From: Thermodesulfobacteriota bacterium
GTDB taxonomy: Bacteria > Desulfobacterota_D > UBA1144 > Nemesobacterales > JAZGCJ01
Length of the DNA: 48,749 bases
Direction of reading: 5' to 3'
Assembly (NCBI GenBank): GCA_036476895.1
Contig: JAZGCJ010000225.1
Span: 1-48,749 of the forward strand
Positions 1 to 8,702 of this stretch are shown piece after piece (position 1 is the first letter of the stretch; every line of letters starts with the position of its first letter). The translations under genes and the position numbers were made by a program. A model generated the notes under the pieces. It saw only the letters and a program-made list of their open reading frames with translations, made no database searches and had not been told where the DNA came from.

Positions 1-222
1 GAATTCCTTCTTATCTATCACCCATCCAAAGCATTCATCCCAAAAACCATCATGAATAGTTACCCAATTACCAGCTTTAATAGTGGTTGATTGTTTGACC
101 GGAGAAACTTCTTTCTTTAATGTTTCACTACTCTTATTTGGACTCATTAAAATAACAGCAAATAAAAGTATTCCCATTAATGAAGAACAAATAATAAATG
201 CAAATCGTGCTTCTTTTCTCAT
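1..222 (-). CDS. hypothetical membrane-anchored protein, 3' end cut by window edge
   Basis: ATG at 222-220 overlaps the stop of the upstream ORF. The frame is open to base 1. Translation MRKEARFAFIICSSLMGILLFAVILMSPNK... has an N-terminal hydrophobic helix. Absent from the ORF track because it is truncated. Confidence 0.5.
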   Translation of the reverse strand, partial: MRKEARFAFIICSSLMGILLFAVILMSPNKSSETLKKEVSPVKQSTTIKAGNWVTIHDGFWDECFGWVIDKKEF

Positions 223-437
223 GAATCCTTTTCCTTTAACTCCCAAGCCTGCTCAATTTTTATTGGCTCACCAATAACTTCTCTGACTTTGGCTATAGCT
301 TCTTTCTTTGTTTTAGCAACAACCACCGACTCACTCGAAGTTGTGGTGTTGTACATAACGCTGAACGTCTTTAGTTTATCACTCACTGTAGGCTCCTTTC
401 TATATTTAATGTGAAAGAATTTAATCTCATCATCCAT
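219..437 (-). CDS. hypothetical protein
   Basis: Minus-strand ORF in a co-directional gene train. Its start overlaps the upstream stop by 8 nt and its stop overlaps the next start. No motif recognised. Confidence 0.55.
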   Translation of the reverse strand: MDDEIKFFHIKYRKEPTVSDKLKTFSVMYNTTTSSESVVVAKTKKEAIAKVREVIGEPIKIEQAWELKEKDS

Positions 438-663
438 GTAAACTCTTCCTGCAACAATCTTCTTTGCAAAACTCTAATTGATCAAATGGTATCTCCCGCA
501 CCTGGTATTCTTCTATCATATTAAACTTTGTCTGCGGAGAGTCTAATCCAAAATTTAAATTTGAGGCTATAGCAGCAGCCCGTCTTTTGTCCACACATAT
601 AGTCTTAGTGTTGATTATATTTTCTACATGATTGACGTAAACTACTTCGTAGACATATCTCAT
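430..663 (-). CDS. hypothetical protein
   Basis: Minus-strand ORF with a 4-nt start/stop overlap with the upstream ORF. No motif recognised. Confidence 0.55.
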   Translation of the reverse strand: MRYVYEVVYVNHVENIINTKTICVDKRRAAAIASNLNFGLDSPQTKFNMIEEYQVREIPFDQLEFCKEDCCRKSLHG

Positions 664-1064
664 CGTTTTCTCTTCTTCCGTTTCTTAGGTACGTATTTTA
701 AATCTATACCCTCTTTATACTGAGAAAGATAAGTTTGATATTGATATCTCAACTCATTTATTTCACTCACCCAATCTTCTACTGCCTCGATGATAGCGAG
801 ATTTTGAAACGTATCGTACATGTTCTTGACCATCTTTGTTCGGTGATCCTTTCTTTCTTCTTCTGATCTTAAATAAGACCATAAAGCCTCAATTGTTGAT
901 TCCATCCACATCCCAAACATTACACCACTTCCACTGTCATGTCGTGGAATCTTTCGGTTTGCTTCCTTTCCTTCAAACTTATACAGCCGATAAGCAAAGT
1001 CTTGAACTTTCTCTTTCATCTCCTCACACTTTCCTTCAAATTGAGTGAATGAAAGACTTGTCAT
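660..1064 (-). CDS. hypothetical protein with basic C-terminus (KKRKKRKR)
   Basis: 134-aa minus-strand ORF with 4-nt overlaps at both ends. No motif recognised. Confidence 0.6.
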   Translation of the reverse strand: MTSLSFTQFEGKCEEMKEKVQDFAYRLYKFEGKEANRKIPRHDSGSGVMFGMWMESTIEALWSYLRSEEERKDHRTKMVKNMYDTFQNLAIIEAVEDWVSEINELRYQYQTYLSQYKEGIDLKYVPKKRKKRKR

Positions 1065-1267
1065 ATTTTCTTTTCTAATGCATCAAAACTTTCTTTACCA
1101 TACCATTGCTTGGTCCATGTTGCTGCATCATGATATGCGTCCAGCGTATCGGTCACATAGTTTGCGAGAATAATCTCTGGCGTATGTGACCTATTATATC
1201 TTTTATACTTCTTTATCAATGCAGCCAGTTCGTGTCGAAAGTCACCTAACTCTGTGAATTCACTCAT
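1061..1267 (-). CDS. hypothetical protein
   Basis: 68-aa minus-strand ORF with 4-nt overlaps at both ends. Confidence 0.55.
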   Translation of the reverse strand: MSEFTELGDFRHELAALIKKYKRYNRSHTPEIILANYVTDTLDAYHDAATWTKQWYGKESFDALEKKI

Positions 1268-1827
1268 CTCCAGTCACCTCTCTTTCGTTTCCATTTGCGC
1301 CCCAGTTTATCTTCTAGCTTCTCAATCTTCTTTAGGAGCCTGCGAATCTGAATAACTGTATTCCGCTCACTACTATGTAACTTTCCACTAGGTCCAAACT
1401 CCATATCCAAGAATTCTTCCGCTATTTGTTTGTCCGTCCACTTTGATTTCAAATGAACCTTTCGCTGACGTTTGGCATTCCGAGTATCCAACAAGCCATA
1501 TGCGTCCAGTAATCTCAATGCAGAAAGATTATCTTTAATTCCATGAACAATGGTGGTACGCAGTGCCTTCTTAGTGCGAATTTTGTTTCGTCTCTCTCGT
1601 GAAAACGGCAATCCAAAATGATCGTACTTATGACCTAAGAACCATTTGATAAGATTCCTTGCCTGTGTCTTTGTTAGCTGAGTTTCATCCCACGGTCTGA
1701 AAGAAAAACCAGCCCCAATATTAATCATCTTGCGCTTTCGAAGCTTCGCATAATTATTGTAATGTTGCTTCATTATGCTTAAAGTTTTTTTATTATATAT
1801 GATGTCTTTTACCCTCATACCAGTCAA
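1264..1827 (-). CDS. hypothetical basic protein with internal NL-helix motif (DNLSALRLLDAYGLL)
   Basis: TTG start at 1827 lies 6 nt after GGAGGG. The product is Lys/Arg-rich. It contains a segment resembling the tails of the 21.4-26.4 kb paralog family. Confidence 0.55.
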   Translation of the reverse strand: MTGMRVKDIIYNKKTLSIMKQHYNNYAKLRKRKMINIGAGFSFRPWDETQLTKTQARNLIKWFLGHKYDHFGLPFSRERRNKIRTKKALRTTIVHGIKDNLSALRLLDAYGLLDTRNAKRQRKVHLKSKWTDKQIAEEFLDMEFGPSGKLHSSERNTVIQIRRLLKKIEKLEDKLGRKWKRKRGDWR

Positions 1828-2395
1828 ACATATCCCTCCTCAACTTTGCCATCCTACCGTCTGGATGGTGGAATACAATCCCTTCGGGCGGAACCTTATC
1901 ACTATGCTTTCGCTGATAGACCAAAGAAAACAAATCAGTCTTGAACCAATTCGAGATGTTCTCGAAGGTTTTAGGATACTTGTGATACGATCGGTATGTT
2001 GCCTTCTCTTTCAAATATTCAAAAGGATACCAACGAGTCTCATCCAACTTCAGAAAGTTCTTCTGAATCTTTGGACCCATCAGTTCCCCAAAGTGTTGAC
2101 CGTCCTTTGCTAACGCATGTCCTAAGTTCGGACAATTACGGACACCCTCAATATACCTGTTATTACTTAATGTGTCAAACATCTGAGGCTGAGTTCGGTT
2201 CCATAACCCCACCAATTGTCCCCCGTTCATAACGACGGAAACGTTTGTCCCATCGAGCTTTTCAACAGCCATTACCGTTGGGTCTTCGAACACCCAATTA
2301 TATCCTTCTTCAATGGTTGGAGTCACAACATAAATGCTGTCTCTCCATTCTCTTTTGAATGGTGATAGCAGTTTCGGCATATCATCAGCTTTCAT
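1793..2395 (-). CDS. Rnl2-like ATP-dependent RNA ligase (nucleotidyltransferase domain only)
   Basis: Covalent nucleotidyltransferase motifs appear in order: VEKLDGTN (motif I, KxDG), FGELMGPKIQKN (motif III), EGIVF (motif IV), AKLRRDMF (motif V). The ATG at 2395 is preferred (GGAGGG 5 nt upstream) over the TTG at 2431 given in the ORF track. Confidence 0.65.
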   Translation of the reverse strand: MKADDMPKLLSPFKREWRDSIYVVTPTIEEGYNWVFEDPTVMAVEKLDGTNVSVVMNGGQLVGLWNRTQPQMFDTLSNNRYIEGVRNCPNLGHALAKDGQHFGELMGPKIQKNFLKLDETRWYPFEYLKEKATYRSYHKYPKTFENISNWFKTDLFSLVYQRKHSDKVPPEGIVFHHPDGRMAKLRRDMFDWYEGKRHHI

Positions 2396-2780
2396 TTTGT
2401 CCCTCCAGTCCGTAATCTTCCCACCTCTCAAGTGCTGTTAAATTATTTCCGTGGGCTTCGGTGTTGTATGGTCCGTACTCAAGAAGTACCCATTCTTTTA
2501 TAAAGTCTTTTGATGGATTCCTACGTCCCTTCTCATATTCCTTGACTCCTAAATCAATTAATTTACGGCGTGTGTGTTTATCTCTATCCATGTTTTCCCA
2601 ATCTAAAGTTCCAATTATTCCTAACTCCCCAAAATGCTTCTTCATCATCTCAAACATTGCCATGCATGGATAGTAAGATGATAGACCGGAGAAGCCATAC
2701 TTTTTCACCAATTCATAAAACTCCGGTGATTTAATAATGTGTTTCGCTTCAGCGTTCTCGAAATCTATATTGGTCATCAT
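2385..2780 (-). CDS. hypothetical protein with NL-tail-like C-terminus (GNNLTALERWEDYGLEG)
   Basis: 131-aa minus-strand ORF. The C-terminal segment resembles the NL tails of the paralog array (compare DNNLKAVEIIDAYRLNG). Confidence 0.55.
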   Translation of the reverse strand: MMTNIDFENAEAKHIIKSPEFYELVKKYGFSGLSSYYPCMAMFEMMKKHFGELGIIGTLDWENMDRDKHTRRKLIDLGVKEYEKGRRNPSKDFIKEWVLLEYGPYNTEAHGNNLTALERWEDYGLEGQNES

Positions 2781-3090
2781 AGTATTGTGTTATCCTAAAC
2801 TTTTCTAAAACTGCTATCGCTTCCAGATTTCCAATCATGTGAATCACATCTTCTCTGATTGCTCTCCTGGTTAATCGACCTTCTCTTAATTGCTCATGTA
2901 CATACATCTCTGCTTCATCCAAAGTTACAGGTTTAATCTCACGTAAATACAGAGACATAACACAATCTTTAGATGCTGTAATGTCTACTCTTAATTTAGA
3001 GTTGTAATCTTCGAAAGTAGAAGTATGATTTGCTTGCACTACTAAATCAACCCACTTCGGCATTAACTCTCTTGGTATCTTATACTGCAT
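2749..3090 (-). CDS. hypothetical protein with NL-tail-like segment (GNLEAIAVLEKF)
   Basis: 113-aa minus-strand ORF with an NL-E-x-I-x-x-L-E segment near the C-terminus. Confidence 0.55.
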   Translation of the reverse strand: MQYKIPRELMPKWVDLVVQANHTSTFEDYNSKLRVDITASKDCVMSLYLREIKPVTLDEAEMYVHEQLREGRLTRRAIREDVIHMIGNLEAIAVLEKFRITQYYDDQYRFRER

Positions 3091-3442
3091 TTTTTACCGA
3101 ATCAACTGATATAAATTTCTTACATTTGCATGTCGATGTTTTAGAACCATTACCATCTTTATCTGGTTTAAGAAAATACTCTGTATGAGATTTATGACAT
3201 TCAGTCCCACCATCTTTCCCAAAATGTCGTGATCCACTATGCTTACATATACATAAAGGATAAGATGAATATGTTACCTCAACATCTCTTGTAAAGCTAA
3301 ACTCATATCCACACTCTCCACATTCTGTTTCTCCATCATCACTATATTCCCATGAATCAGATTGTTCCTGCCCACAATAAGGACATGTGACCTCATCTTT
3401 ATTATATAACTCAAAGTCATTTGGTTTCTCTTTATCACTCAT
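3080..3442 (-). CDS. Cys-rich zinc-ribbon protein
   Basis: CPYCGQE...CGECGYE zinc-ribbon pairs plus further Cys/His (CICKH, CHKSH, CKCKK). Confidence 0.55.
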   Translation of the reverse strand: MSDKEKPNDFELYNKDEVTCPYCGQEQSDSWEYSDDGETECGECGYEFSFTRDVEVTYSSYPLCICKHSGSRHFGKDGGTECHKSHTEYFLKPDKDGNGSKTSTCKCKKFISVDSVKNAV

Positions 3443-3750
3443 TTCATTTCCTCATCAATAATAGAATCAACATTCTTAATAATTACCCTTTGCAACTCAT
3501 TCTTCTCATCAATTGTAAGATATCGATTCGTGTCTTTAGTCAATTGCTCATCATAGATTTCTCTTATGTGAAGCTCTCGTGCTACCAAGAAAGCCTTCAA
3601 GAGTTTCTTGATACCTGCGATCTGTACCAATCTCCACGGTGATGCATCCGGTGCTTTGTTGGCATCCTTCTCCGCCTCTAACTGTTGTGTTGCAACGAAC
3701 CCATCTAGTTCTTCTTTTGTTGTTGGTGTCTTCACTGATGTTTCGGACAT
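3439..3750 (-). CDS. hypothetical protein
   Basis: ATG at 3750 (MSETSVK...) is preceded by GGGGAGGAAAAA. The ORF-track start at 3813 lacks an RBS. Confidence 0.55.
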   Translation of the reverse strand: MSETSVKTPTTKEELDGFVATQQLEAEKDANKAPDASPWRLVQIAGIKKLLKAFLVARELHIREIYDEQLTKDTNRYLTIDEKNELQRVIIKNVDSIIDEEMK

Positions 3751-3834
3751 TTTTTCCTCCCCTTCCAGCGTTTCCACAGCCCCCAAATTAGGAGGGCTGG
3801 AATCTCCCAGCATCCAATGAGTAAATCCCTTACC

Positions 3835-4041
3835 TTACTCATCATCCTTCTTAATCTTCTCAAATATGTCCAGAGTCCATCGCCCTGTGCCTTTATTAGA
3901 ACTGGTATAGTTACTATGTGTTACATATCCTTCGTGGTGGGCCTTTTCCTCTGTCTCTCGTCTCTCTGCATTTCCTTGTGCATTATCAAGATAGACATAA
4001 TGTGCTACTGGTTTTAATTTAACTGGTGTAAAGGTATTCAT
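3835..4041 (-). CDS. hypothetical protein
   Basis: 68-aa minus-strand ORF with a 4-nt overlap with the upstream ORF. Confidence 0.5.
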   Translation of the reverse strand: MNTFTPVKLKPVAHYVYLDNAQGNAERRETEEKAHHEGYVTHSNYTSSNKGTGRWTLDIFEKIKKDDE

Positions 4042-4226
4042 TTATCTCTCCGCACTTCAAAACATTCTGCGTGAACATCTTGCCATTTTTCAGGATCACT
4101 CATATATTTCGCTTTCATTTCAATCTTTGCATCATAGCATTCTGTCCACGTCTTAAACTCTACTGCTTGAGAAAAAGGCCCACCACTCGACATAACAAGT
4201 AATACTAAAACCCAAGATATTGTCAT
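4038..4226 (-). CDS. small protein with N-terminal hydrophobic segment
   Basis: MTISWVLVLLVMSSGGPFSQA... looks like a signal or transmembrane segment. 4-nt overlaps at both ends. Confidence 0.5.
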   Translation of the reverse strand: MTISWVLVLLVMSSGGPFSQAVEFKTWTECYDAKIEMKAKYMSDPEKWQDVHAECFEVRRDK

Positions 4227-4558
4227 TGAATTTTCTCTTCCACAAACCGTTTGTAATCACATCTCTCCAAATCACTACCCGACTTCATATACTCATTCAA
4301 CACAATAAACAACTCACATATCTCATGGTATTGAAACTTAATAGGTTTCTTTCCTTCTACTTTCACAACGACTTCATTATCATTATCAGTTAAGTTAATT
4401 GCTACCGTCTCTGGTTTGTCCCACCCCTTATCAAGCCGTGATCGGGTAAGTTTCGCTTCAGTAATACGCCCATCATTTCGATAGACTGCCTCAAAATCGT
4501 ACACTGAATTATCTGCTGTCGTTATTAGTTGACTTGTCTTATCCTCTAATGTGCTCAT
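4223..4558 (-). CDS. hypothetical protein
   Basis: 111-aa minus-strand ORF with overlapping junctions. Confidence 0.55.
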   Translation of the reverse strand: MSTLEDKTSQLITTADNSVYDFEAVYRNDGRITEAKLTRSRLDKGWDKPETVAINLTDNDNEVVVKVEGKKPIKFQYHEICELFIVLNEYMKSGSDLERCDYKRFVEEKIQ

Positions 4559-4815
4559 TTTAATTTCCTCCCGTTTAAGTAAAAGCTCCCATCTGACTTT
4601 AACTCGTAAGTATCTTTACCCAGTATCATTCCGTATATCGCTTCCTTAACGACCCTGTTCTCTTTCCGCATCTCTTTTTGTTTCTCTAAAGCTATCGTTC
4701 CGAGTCTGTATTTAGCCTCATTAATTGCTATATCCCGACTCACTTTAAGGCCAGCACCGAAACTCACAATGCCTACCATTAAAAACAACAAGACTCTACA
4801 AATAAATTTTCTCAT
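4555..4815 (-). CDS. small membrane-anchored protein
   Basis: N-terminal hydrophobic helix (FICRVLLFLMVGIVSFGAGL). Confidence 0.55.
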   Translation of the reverse strand: MRKFICRVLLFLMVGIVSFGAGLKVSRDIAINEAKYRLGTIALEKQKEMRKENRVVKEAIYGMILGKDTYELKSDGSFYLNGRKLK

Positions 4816-5129
4816 TAATATGAGGTGTAGAAGCGAATCTTCGTAACATCTTTTGGAAGCTTAGTTAAGTCCACCTCAAACCCATCCTCCATTTCAGCAT
4901 TCCACACTTTAACTCCTGGCTTCCCCTCCAAATTAAATGTAAGTTTCTCATCCTCGTAACACTCTTTCGATTCCAGTACTCTATCTTCATCCCCATCTAA
5001 GCCAAAGTATTCTTGGATTTGTTTAGGAAATAATACGCCAGCTTTTTTACAAGCCTGCAATGCATCCCACTTCTTATCGAAATCTTGTCTTAAATCCCGA
5101 ATACCTTTGATATTACTTGATGCTCCCAT
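4815..5129 (-). CDS. hypothetical protein
   Basis: 104-aa minus-strand ORF with a 1-nt overlap with the next gene. Confidence 0.55.
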   Translation of the reverse strand: MGASSNIKGIRDLRQDFDKKWDALQACKKAGVLFPKQIQEYFGLDGDEDRVLESKECYEDEKLTFNLEGKPGVKVWNAEMEDGFEVDLTKLPKDVTKIRFYTSY

Positions 5130-5140
5130 AACTATTCTCC

Positions 5141-5350
5141 TTATGATTTTGGATAAACAAGTTTAATTAATTTCTGTCCGAGTTCATGTCGTACTCGATC
5201 TTCAGCTATATGAGTCTCAATATCAGTTACATGCCCTTTAACACTCAACACACCTCTGAGTTGTTTGATGGCATTAATTAATCCTTCTGCATCATCTTCT
5301 CTGATATTGTCTTTCAGTACAACTGTCAATGCTCCTAATCTATCTGTCAT
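5141..5350 (-). CDS. hypothetical protein
   Basis: 69-aa ORF. GAGGAGAGGAG precedes the ATG. It is the first gene after a promoter-like site. Confidence 0.55.
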   Translation of the reverse strand: MTDRLGALTVVLKDNIREDDAEGLINAIKQLRGVLSVKGHVTDIETHIAEDRVRHELGQKLIKLVYPKS

Positions 5351-5370
5351 CTCCTCTCCTCACTTCTTTT

Positions 5371-5400
5371 ATTATACAAAATTATCCGACATTTATCCAC
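5371..5400 (-). promoter_or_regulatory. extended -10 promoter candidate (TTTTGTATAATAAAAG)
   Basis: The minus strand reads TTTTGTATAAT in a 42-nt intergenic gap, followed by an RBS and the ATG at 5350. The same TTTTTGTATAATA core occurs at 38208 and 42391. Confidence 0.45.
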
Positions 5401-5551
5401 CAAATAGTTTACTTATTCTTGCATGAAATCTTGTGAAGAACTTCCCAATCGCTTCACTATGGTCCTCCAAGTATTGAAGGAACAGTAATCCTAAGCCAGC
5501 TACGACGTACATACCTACGAATCCTAGAACAACAATCCAGCTAGATACCAT
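5393..5551 (-). CDS. small single-pass membrane protein
   Basis: ATG at 5551 is preceded by GAAGGAGAGGAT. Translation is MVSSWIVVLGFVGMYVVAGLGLLFL.... The longer ORF-track start at 5611 has no RBS. Confidence 0.45.
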   Translation of the reverse strand: MVSSWIVVLGFVGMYVVAGLGLLFLQYLEDHSEAIGKFFTRFHARISKLFGG

Positions 5552-5970
5552 ATCCTCTCCTTCATAACCCACGTTAGATACAAAAAGAAATAATGCAGGA
5601 ACTGATCCCATCCAATCATCACAAAGAACTCATGCACCTTACCTTCTGCCCATAACCTTTTTGTTATCTTACTGGTTTGTGAATCAATCATGTAATGCAA
5701 GAGCATGTTAATTCCCACGTAATAAAGTAGGAACTTGAATGACACAAAGAAGTATAACCCAAGAAACATTACAAGTCCATACGTCAACGCATGAGCCAGT
5801 AGCCATTTCCTTGAAGTGCTCTTATTCTGAGCCATTTTGTGCGACTGGAAAACAAAGTCAGCCAGCCAATGCAGGAACAGAATCAACACTGGCATCTTGA
5901 ACAACGTCATTGTTAAGAACGTTGCTTTAAACCAATAACAGAACGTTAAGAAGATTGATACAATTGTCAA
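5524..5970 (-). CDS. polytopic membrane protein (DUF3307-like, tentative)
   Basis: Multiple hydrophobic helices. HWLADFVFQSH and LHYMIDS motifs resemble the H..DF..Q signature recalled for DUF3307. Confidence 0.5.
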   Translation of the reverse strand: MTIVSIFLTFCYWFKATFLTMTLFKMPVLILFLHWLADFVFQSHKMAQNKSTSRKWLLAHALTYGLVMFLGLYFFVSFKFLLYYVGINMLLHYMIDSQTSKITKRLWAEGKVHEFFVMIGWDQFLHYFFLYLTWVMKERIWYLAGLLF

Positions 5971-6239
5971 GAGAAGTCAGCCCCACATGCTTTCGCAATC
6001 AATATTCCAATTACTACAAACCCAACAACTGCATGAATTGTAAACATGAATCCTGTGGCAGCAATCCATCCCCAAAAATACGCTAAAATTGCTGTGATGA
6101 CAGATACCACAAGAAGCACCGCAATAATTGGTGTCATGATTTTATTGATCACCGGAACATCTTCATCCTGTACTGAGGTCAGATACATATCCCGCCACGT
6201 CTTGAGAACTCCCACTAATGTACTCATCGTTACCTCCAC
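5967..6239 (-). CDS. small membrane protein (2 TM)
   Basis: Two long hydrophobic stretches. 4-nt overlap with the next gene. Confidence 0.55.
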   Translation of the reverse strand: MEVTMSTLVGVLKTWRDMYLTSVQDEDVPVINKIMTPIIAVLLVVSVITAILAYFWGWIAATGFMFTIHAVVGFVVIGILIAKACGADFS

Positions 6240-6490
6240 ATTTTTCTTTCGTTTTGCTTAAATCTTCTTTCAGTATTCCATTTATAGATCATCCAATCAA
6301 CATCACAATTCATAACACCATTCCCACAACTACATCTGATAACCCATAAAAGATATGCATCTATTTGTATGTCATCCAGTTTGATGGTCGGTGTTGAACC
6401 ACAAACACAAGGTAAAAGTTTTCGTCTTATATTATCTCCACTTATCATTATTTTTCCTATTTGAAATCTGCTGTCTTGTAAATTGCCCAA
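6230..6490 (-). CDS. Lar-like zinc-ribbon protein (restriction-alleviation family-like, tentative)
   Basis: Pattern L-PCVCGS ... CSCG ... WN-E resembles the Lar family layout (PCPFCG ... C..CG ... WN.R). Paralogous to the adjacent ORF. Confidence 0.4.
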   Translation of the reverse strand: MGNLQDSRFQIGKIMISGDNIRRKLLPCVCGSTPTIKLDDIQIDAYLLWVIRCSCGNGVMNCDVDWMIYKWNTERRFKQNERKMWR

Positions 6491-6663
6491 TCATTCCAAC
6501 TCTTGATTGAATCCGTCTCTCGTGCTCCAGTATATTTATTGCACCATTTACACCCAATAAATAAAAACCATACGTCCTCTCGAATGTTTATATATGCAGT
6601 CCAAGAACGAGAGCCACATCGACACGGTTGAAGTTTCCTTTGGATACTCAACGAATCAATCAA
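6457..6663 (-). CDS. Lar-like zinc-ribbon protein (paralog of 6230..6490)
   Basis: LQPCRCGS ... GCKWCN ... SWNDW has the same layout as its neighbour. Confidence 0.4.
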   Translation of the reverse strand: MIDSLSIQRKLQPCRCGSRSWTAYINIREDVWFLFIGCKWCNKYTGARETDSIKSWNDWAIYKTADFK

Positions 6664-7344
6664 TCAATCAATTATCTCCTGTTGATAAAGTTTCTTCGAA
6701 GGCCAATGAATACCTGTCATCATTCCCTTATGACCTTCCCTCCAATTGAAATTACAGGTGTCAATACAAATACCAAACTGTCCTTCTTTGTCTGTGTGCC
6801 ATTTGACATGCTGTAACCCTTGATGACCGTACACCTGAAACTTTCCAGGGATTCTCTTTATGTTCCCTCTGTTCCAACATAATCCTTCATTGTGTTCAGG
6901 AGGTAATGTCAAAAGTTTTGCCATCCCAAATATAGGATTGATAGGCGCATGAGTTATAATTAAATCATCTTTCTCGATGTACCGTGGTAGACTTCGCATC
7001 CAAGCAATATGTTCATCGGATATTGTTTTGTGTCCATTCTTTTGTTCGTTAGGATCATATGATTTCATGGTCGCAAGTCCCCCATTCATCGCCCATATCC
7101 CGTCATCATACACACCACGTCTACTAACATTGACAGACTCAATCCAATCAATCATCATGTGTTCATGATTTCCCAGTACAGCTTTACCATTTTTCATCAA
7201 AAAGTCAACTACCTCTTTAGATGAAGGACCTCTGTCGATCATGTCTCCAACAGAAATAGTTTCACCTTCAGGCATTTTCTTCAGTAAAGCCTGGAGAGTT
7301 GCAAAATTACCCGCTATGTCTCCTATAATGTTTAACTCGCTCAT
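6664..7344 (-). CDS. lambda-phosphatase/ApaH-type metallophosphoesterase
   Basis: Motifs GDMIDRG and GNHEH plus downstream His residues (THAP, YGHQG). Motif I reads GDIAG rather than GDxHG. Confidence 0.8.
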   Translation of the reverse strand: MSELNIIGDIAGNFATLQALLKKMPEGETISVGDMIDRGPSSKEVVDFLMKNGKAVLGNHEHMMIDWIESVNVSRRGVYDDGIWAMNGGLATMKSYDPNEQKNGHKTISDEHIAWMRSLPRYIEKDDLIITHAPINPIFGMAKLLTLPPEHNEGLCWNRGNIKRIPGKFQVYGHQGLQHVKWHTDKEGQFGICIDTCNFNWREGHKGMMTGIHWPSKKLYQQEIID

Positions 7345-7831
7345 TTGCTTTCCTCAAGTTCTCCCGATCTTCCTTTTGAAATATGGTTCTGTACCATTCC
7401 TGATTGGCTTTTGTATAACCCTTCAGGTAACGAATCTCTGGAAAATGTTCCTTCATCACTTGATAACCGATCTTATCTGTGTATATCTCTCCCCGTAGCC
7501 CATCTCTGAGTCTGATTCTGTATTCGTCTCTCGTCAAGTTACACTTTCCATGTGTGTTATGATATTTAAAAAATTTCTTGTTCCTATAGTTTAACACATG
7601 ACCAATCTCATGTGCAACACAAGACAAGAAATGTTGTATTGAAATGACACCTTGTTCTTTCTCAGATAGCATCCCAATATTAACATAACTCTCACGAGAC
7701 AAAGCATACGTACTGCATCTATCCCAACGCATCCGAAATCGTATCCCGTAGGATTTGATAACTTCTCTGGCTCTGTCGTAAAACTTATTCTCTTTCGTTA
7801 TTCGCCTGTTGTAGTACCTTAAACGAAACAT
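7307..7831 (-). CDS. putative zinc metallopeptidase-like protein (HExxH)
   Basis: VAHEIGHV motif in a 174-aa protein. No further family assignment is possible by eye. Confidence 0.45.
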   Translation of the reverse strand: MFRLRYYNRRITKENKFYDRAREVIKSYGIRFRMRWDRCSTYALSRESYVNIGMLSEKEQGVISIQHFLSCVAHEIGHVLNYRNKKFFKYHNTHGKCNLTRDEYRIRLRDGLRGEIYTDKIGYQVMKEHFPEIRYLKGYTKANQEWYRTIFQKEDRENLRKANERVKHYRRHSG

Positions 7832-8545
7832 TTATTTAACCGCTTCCTTTTTCTTTGTCAATTCTTCGTGGCACCATTTCAATAACCACAATGCATGTAT
7901 GATATTATTATCAGCGTACTGATCTTCTATTTTATCTTGCCACAACTCACATAAGAGAACATGTCCTGGATCTCTACAATCACCATAGGTTAATTTATAA
8001 TCAGTCTTTCTGTATGTAGATAGAGAAGGTTGTTCTAGATAGGTATGTCCACCACCTAAATCGGTTCTCTTCTCTCTTTCCCAAGCTGTTGCAATCCTAA
8101 ATGAGGATAACATTATATCATTCTTTATAGGCTCACGATAGATAAATAAATGAGTATAATTATCTGCCGTACTATTCTTTGTCTGTTGAACAATGACTTT
8201 CATTTTATCATCTGTTTTTTCAACCCAAAGATATTTATCTAGGTCTCCGTAAATGTAAGGTTTCCGTTTCGTACAGCCCCCTTCCTTCAACTTAGTATAA
8301 AGTTCATGAAATAGAATTAAATCATCCTTCAATACTAATTTCCAAAAATGAGACCTTGCCCAACCAAGCGTTTGATGAGCACAATCTCGATCAGCTCTCT
8401 TCACTTCTTTCTTGTAGGTATCGTACATTAACTTACCTAAAGGTAAAGATTTATCATTTCTCTTATATCTCTTAATAAATTTATCCAGGTCTCTAATTTC
8501 TTGCTTTATATTTTTACGTTTTTTCATTTCTTTTTTTGAGTTCAT
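7832..8545 (-). CDS. hypothetical protein
   Basis: 237-aa minus-strand ORF abutting the next gene. No motif recognised. Confidence 0.6.
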   Translation of the reverse strand: MNSKKEMKKRKNIKQEIRDLDKFIKRYKRNDKSLPLGKLMYDTYKKEVKRADRDCAHQTLGWARSHFWKLVLKDDLILFHELYTKLKEGGCTKRKPYIYGDLDKYLWVEKTDDKMKVIVQQTKNSTADNYTHLFIYREPIKNDIMLSSFRIATAWEREKRTDLGGGHTYLEQPSLSTYRKTDYKLTYGDCRDPGHVLLCELWQDKIEDQYADNNIIHALWLLKWCHEELTKKKEAVK

Positions 8546-8702
8546 CCAATTTCTCCCGCATGTTGCTGATTCGCTTCCTATGAATTGAGTCTAAATCATG
8601 GTTACAAATACCACAATCCGCACAACACATTGTATTGGTTGCGATTGATTCCTTGGTGATTCTCTCTTCTTCGTCTATTTGTTCTTTCGTTAAGAAACTC
8701 AT
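8514..8702 (-). CDS. hypothetical small protein (CCADCGICNH cluster)
   Basis: 62-aa ORF with an ATGA overlap with a possible upstream small ORF. Confidence 0.5.
   Translation of the reverse strand: MSFLTKEQIDEEERITKESIATNTMCCADCGICNHDLDSIHRKRISNMREKLDELKKRNEKT

Noticed and set aside
5552-5611. Longer version of the small membrane ORF (track start 5611).
   Set aside because: It has no RBS and an 88-nt overlap with the upstream membrane gene. The ATG at 5551 follows GAAGGAGAGG.
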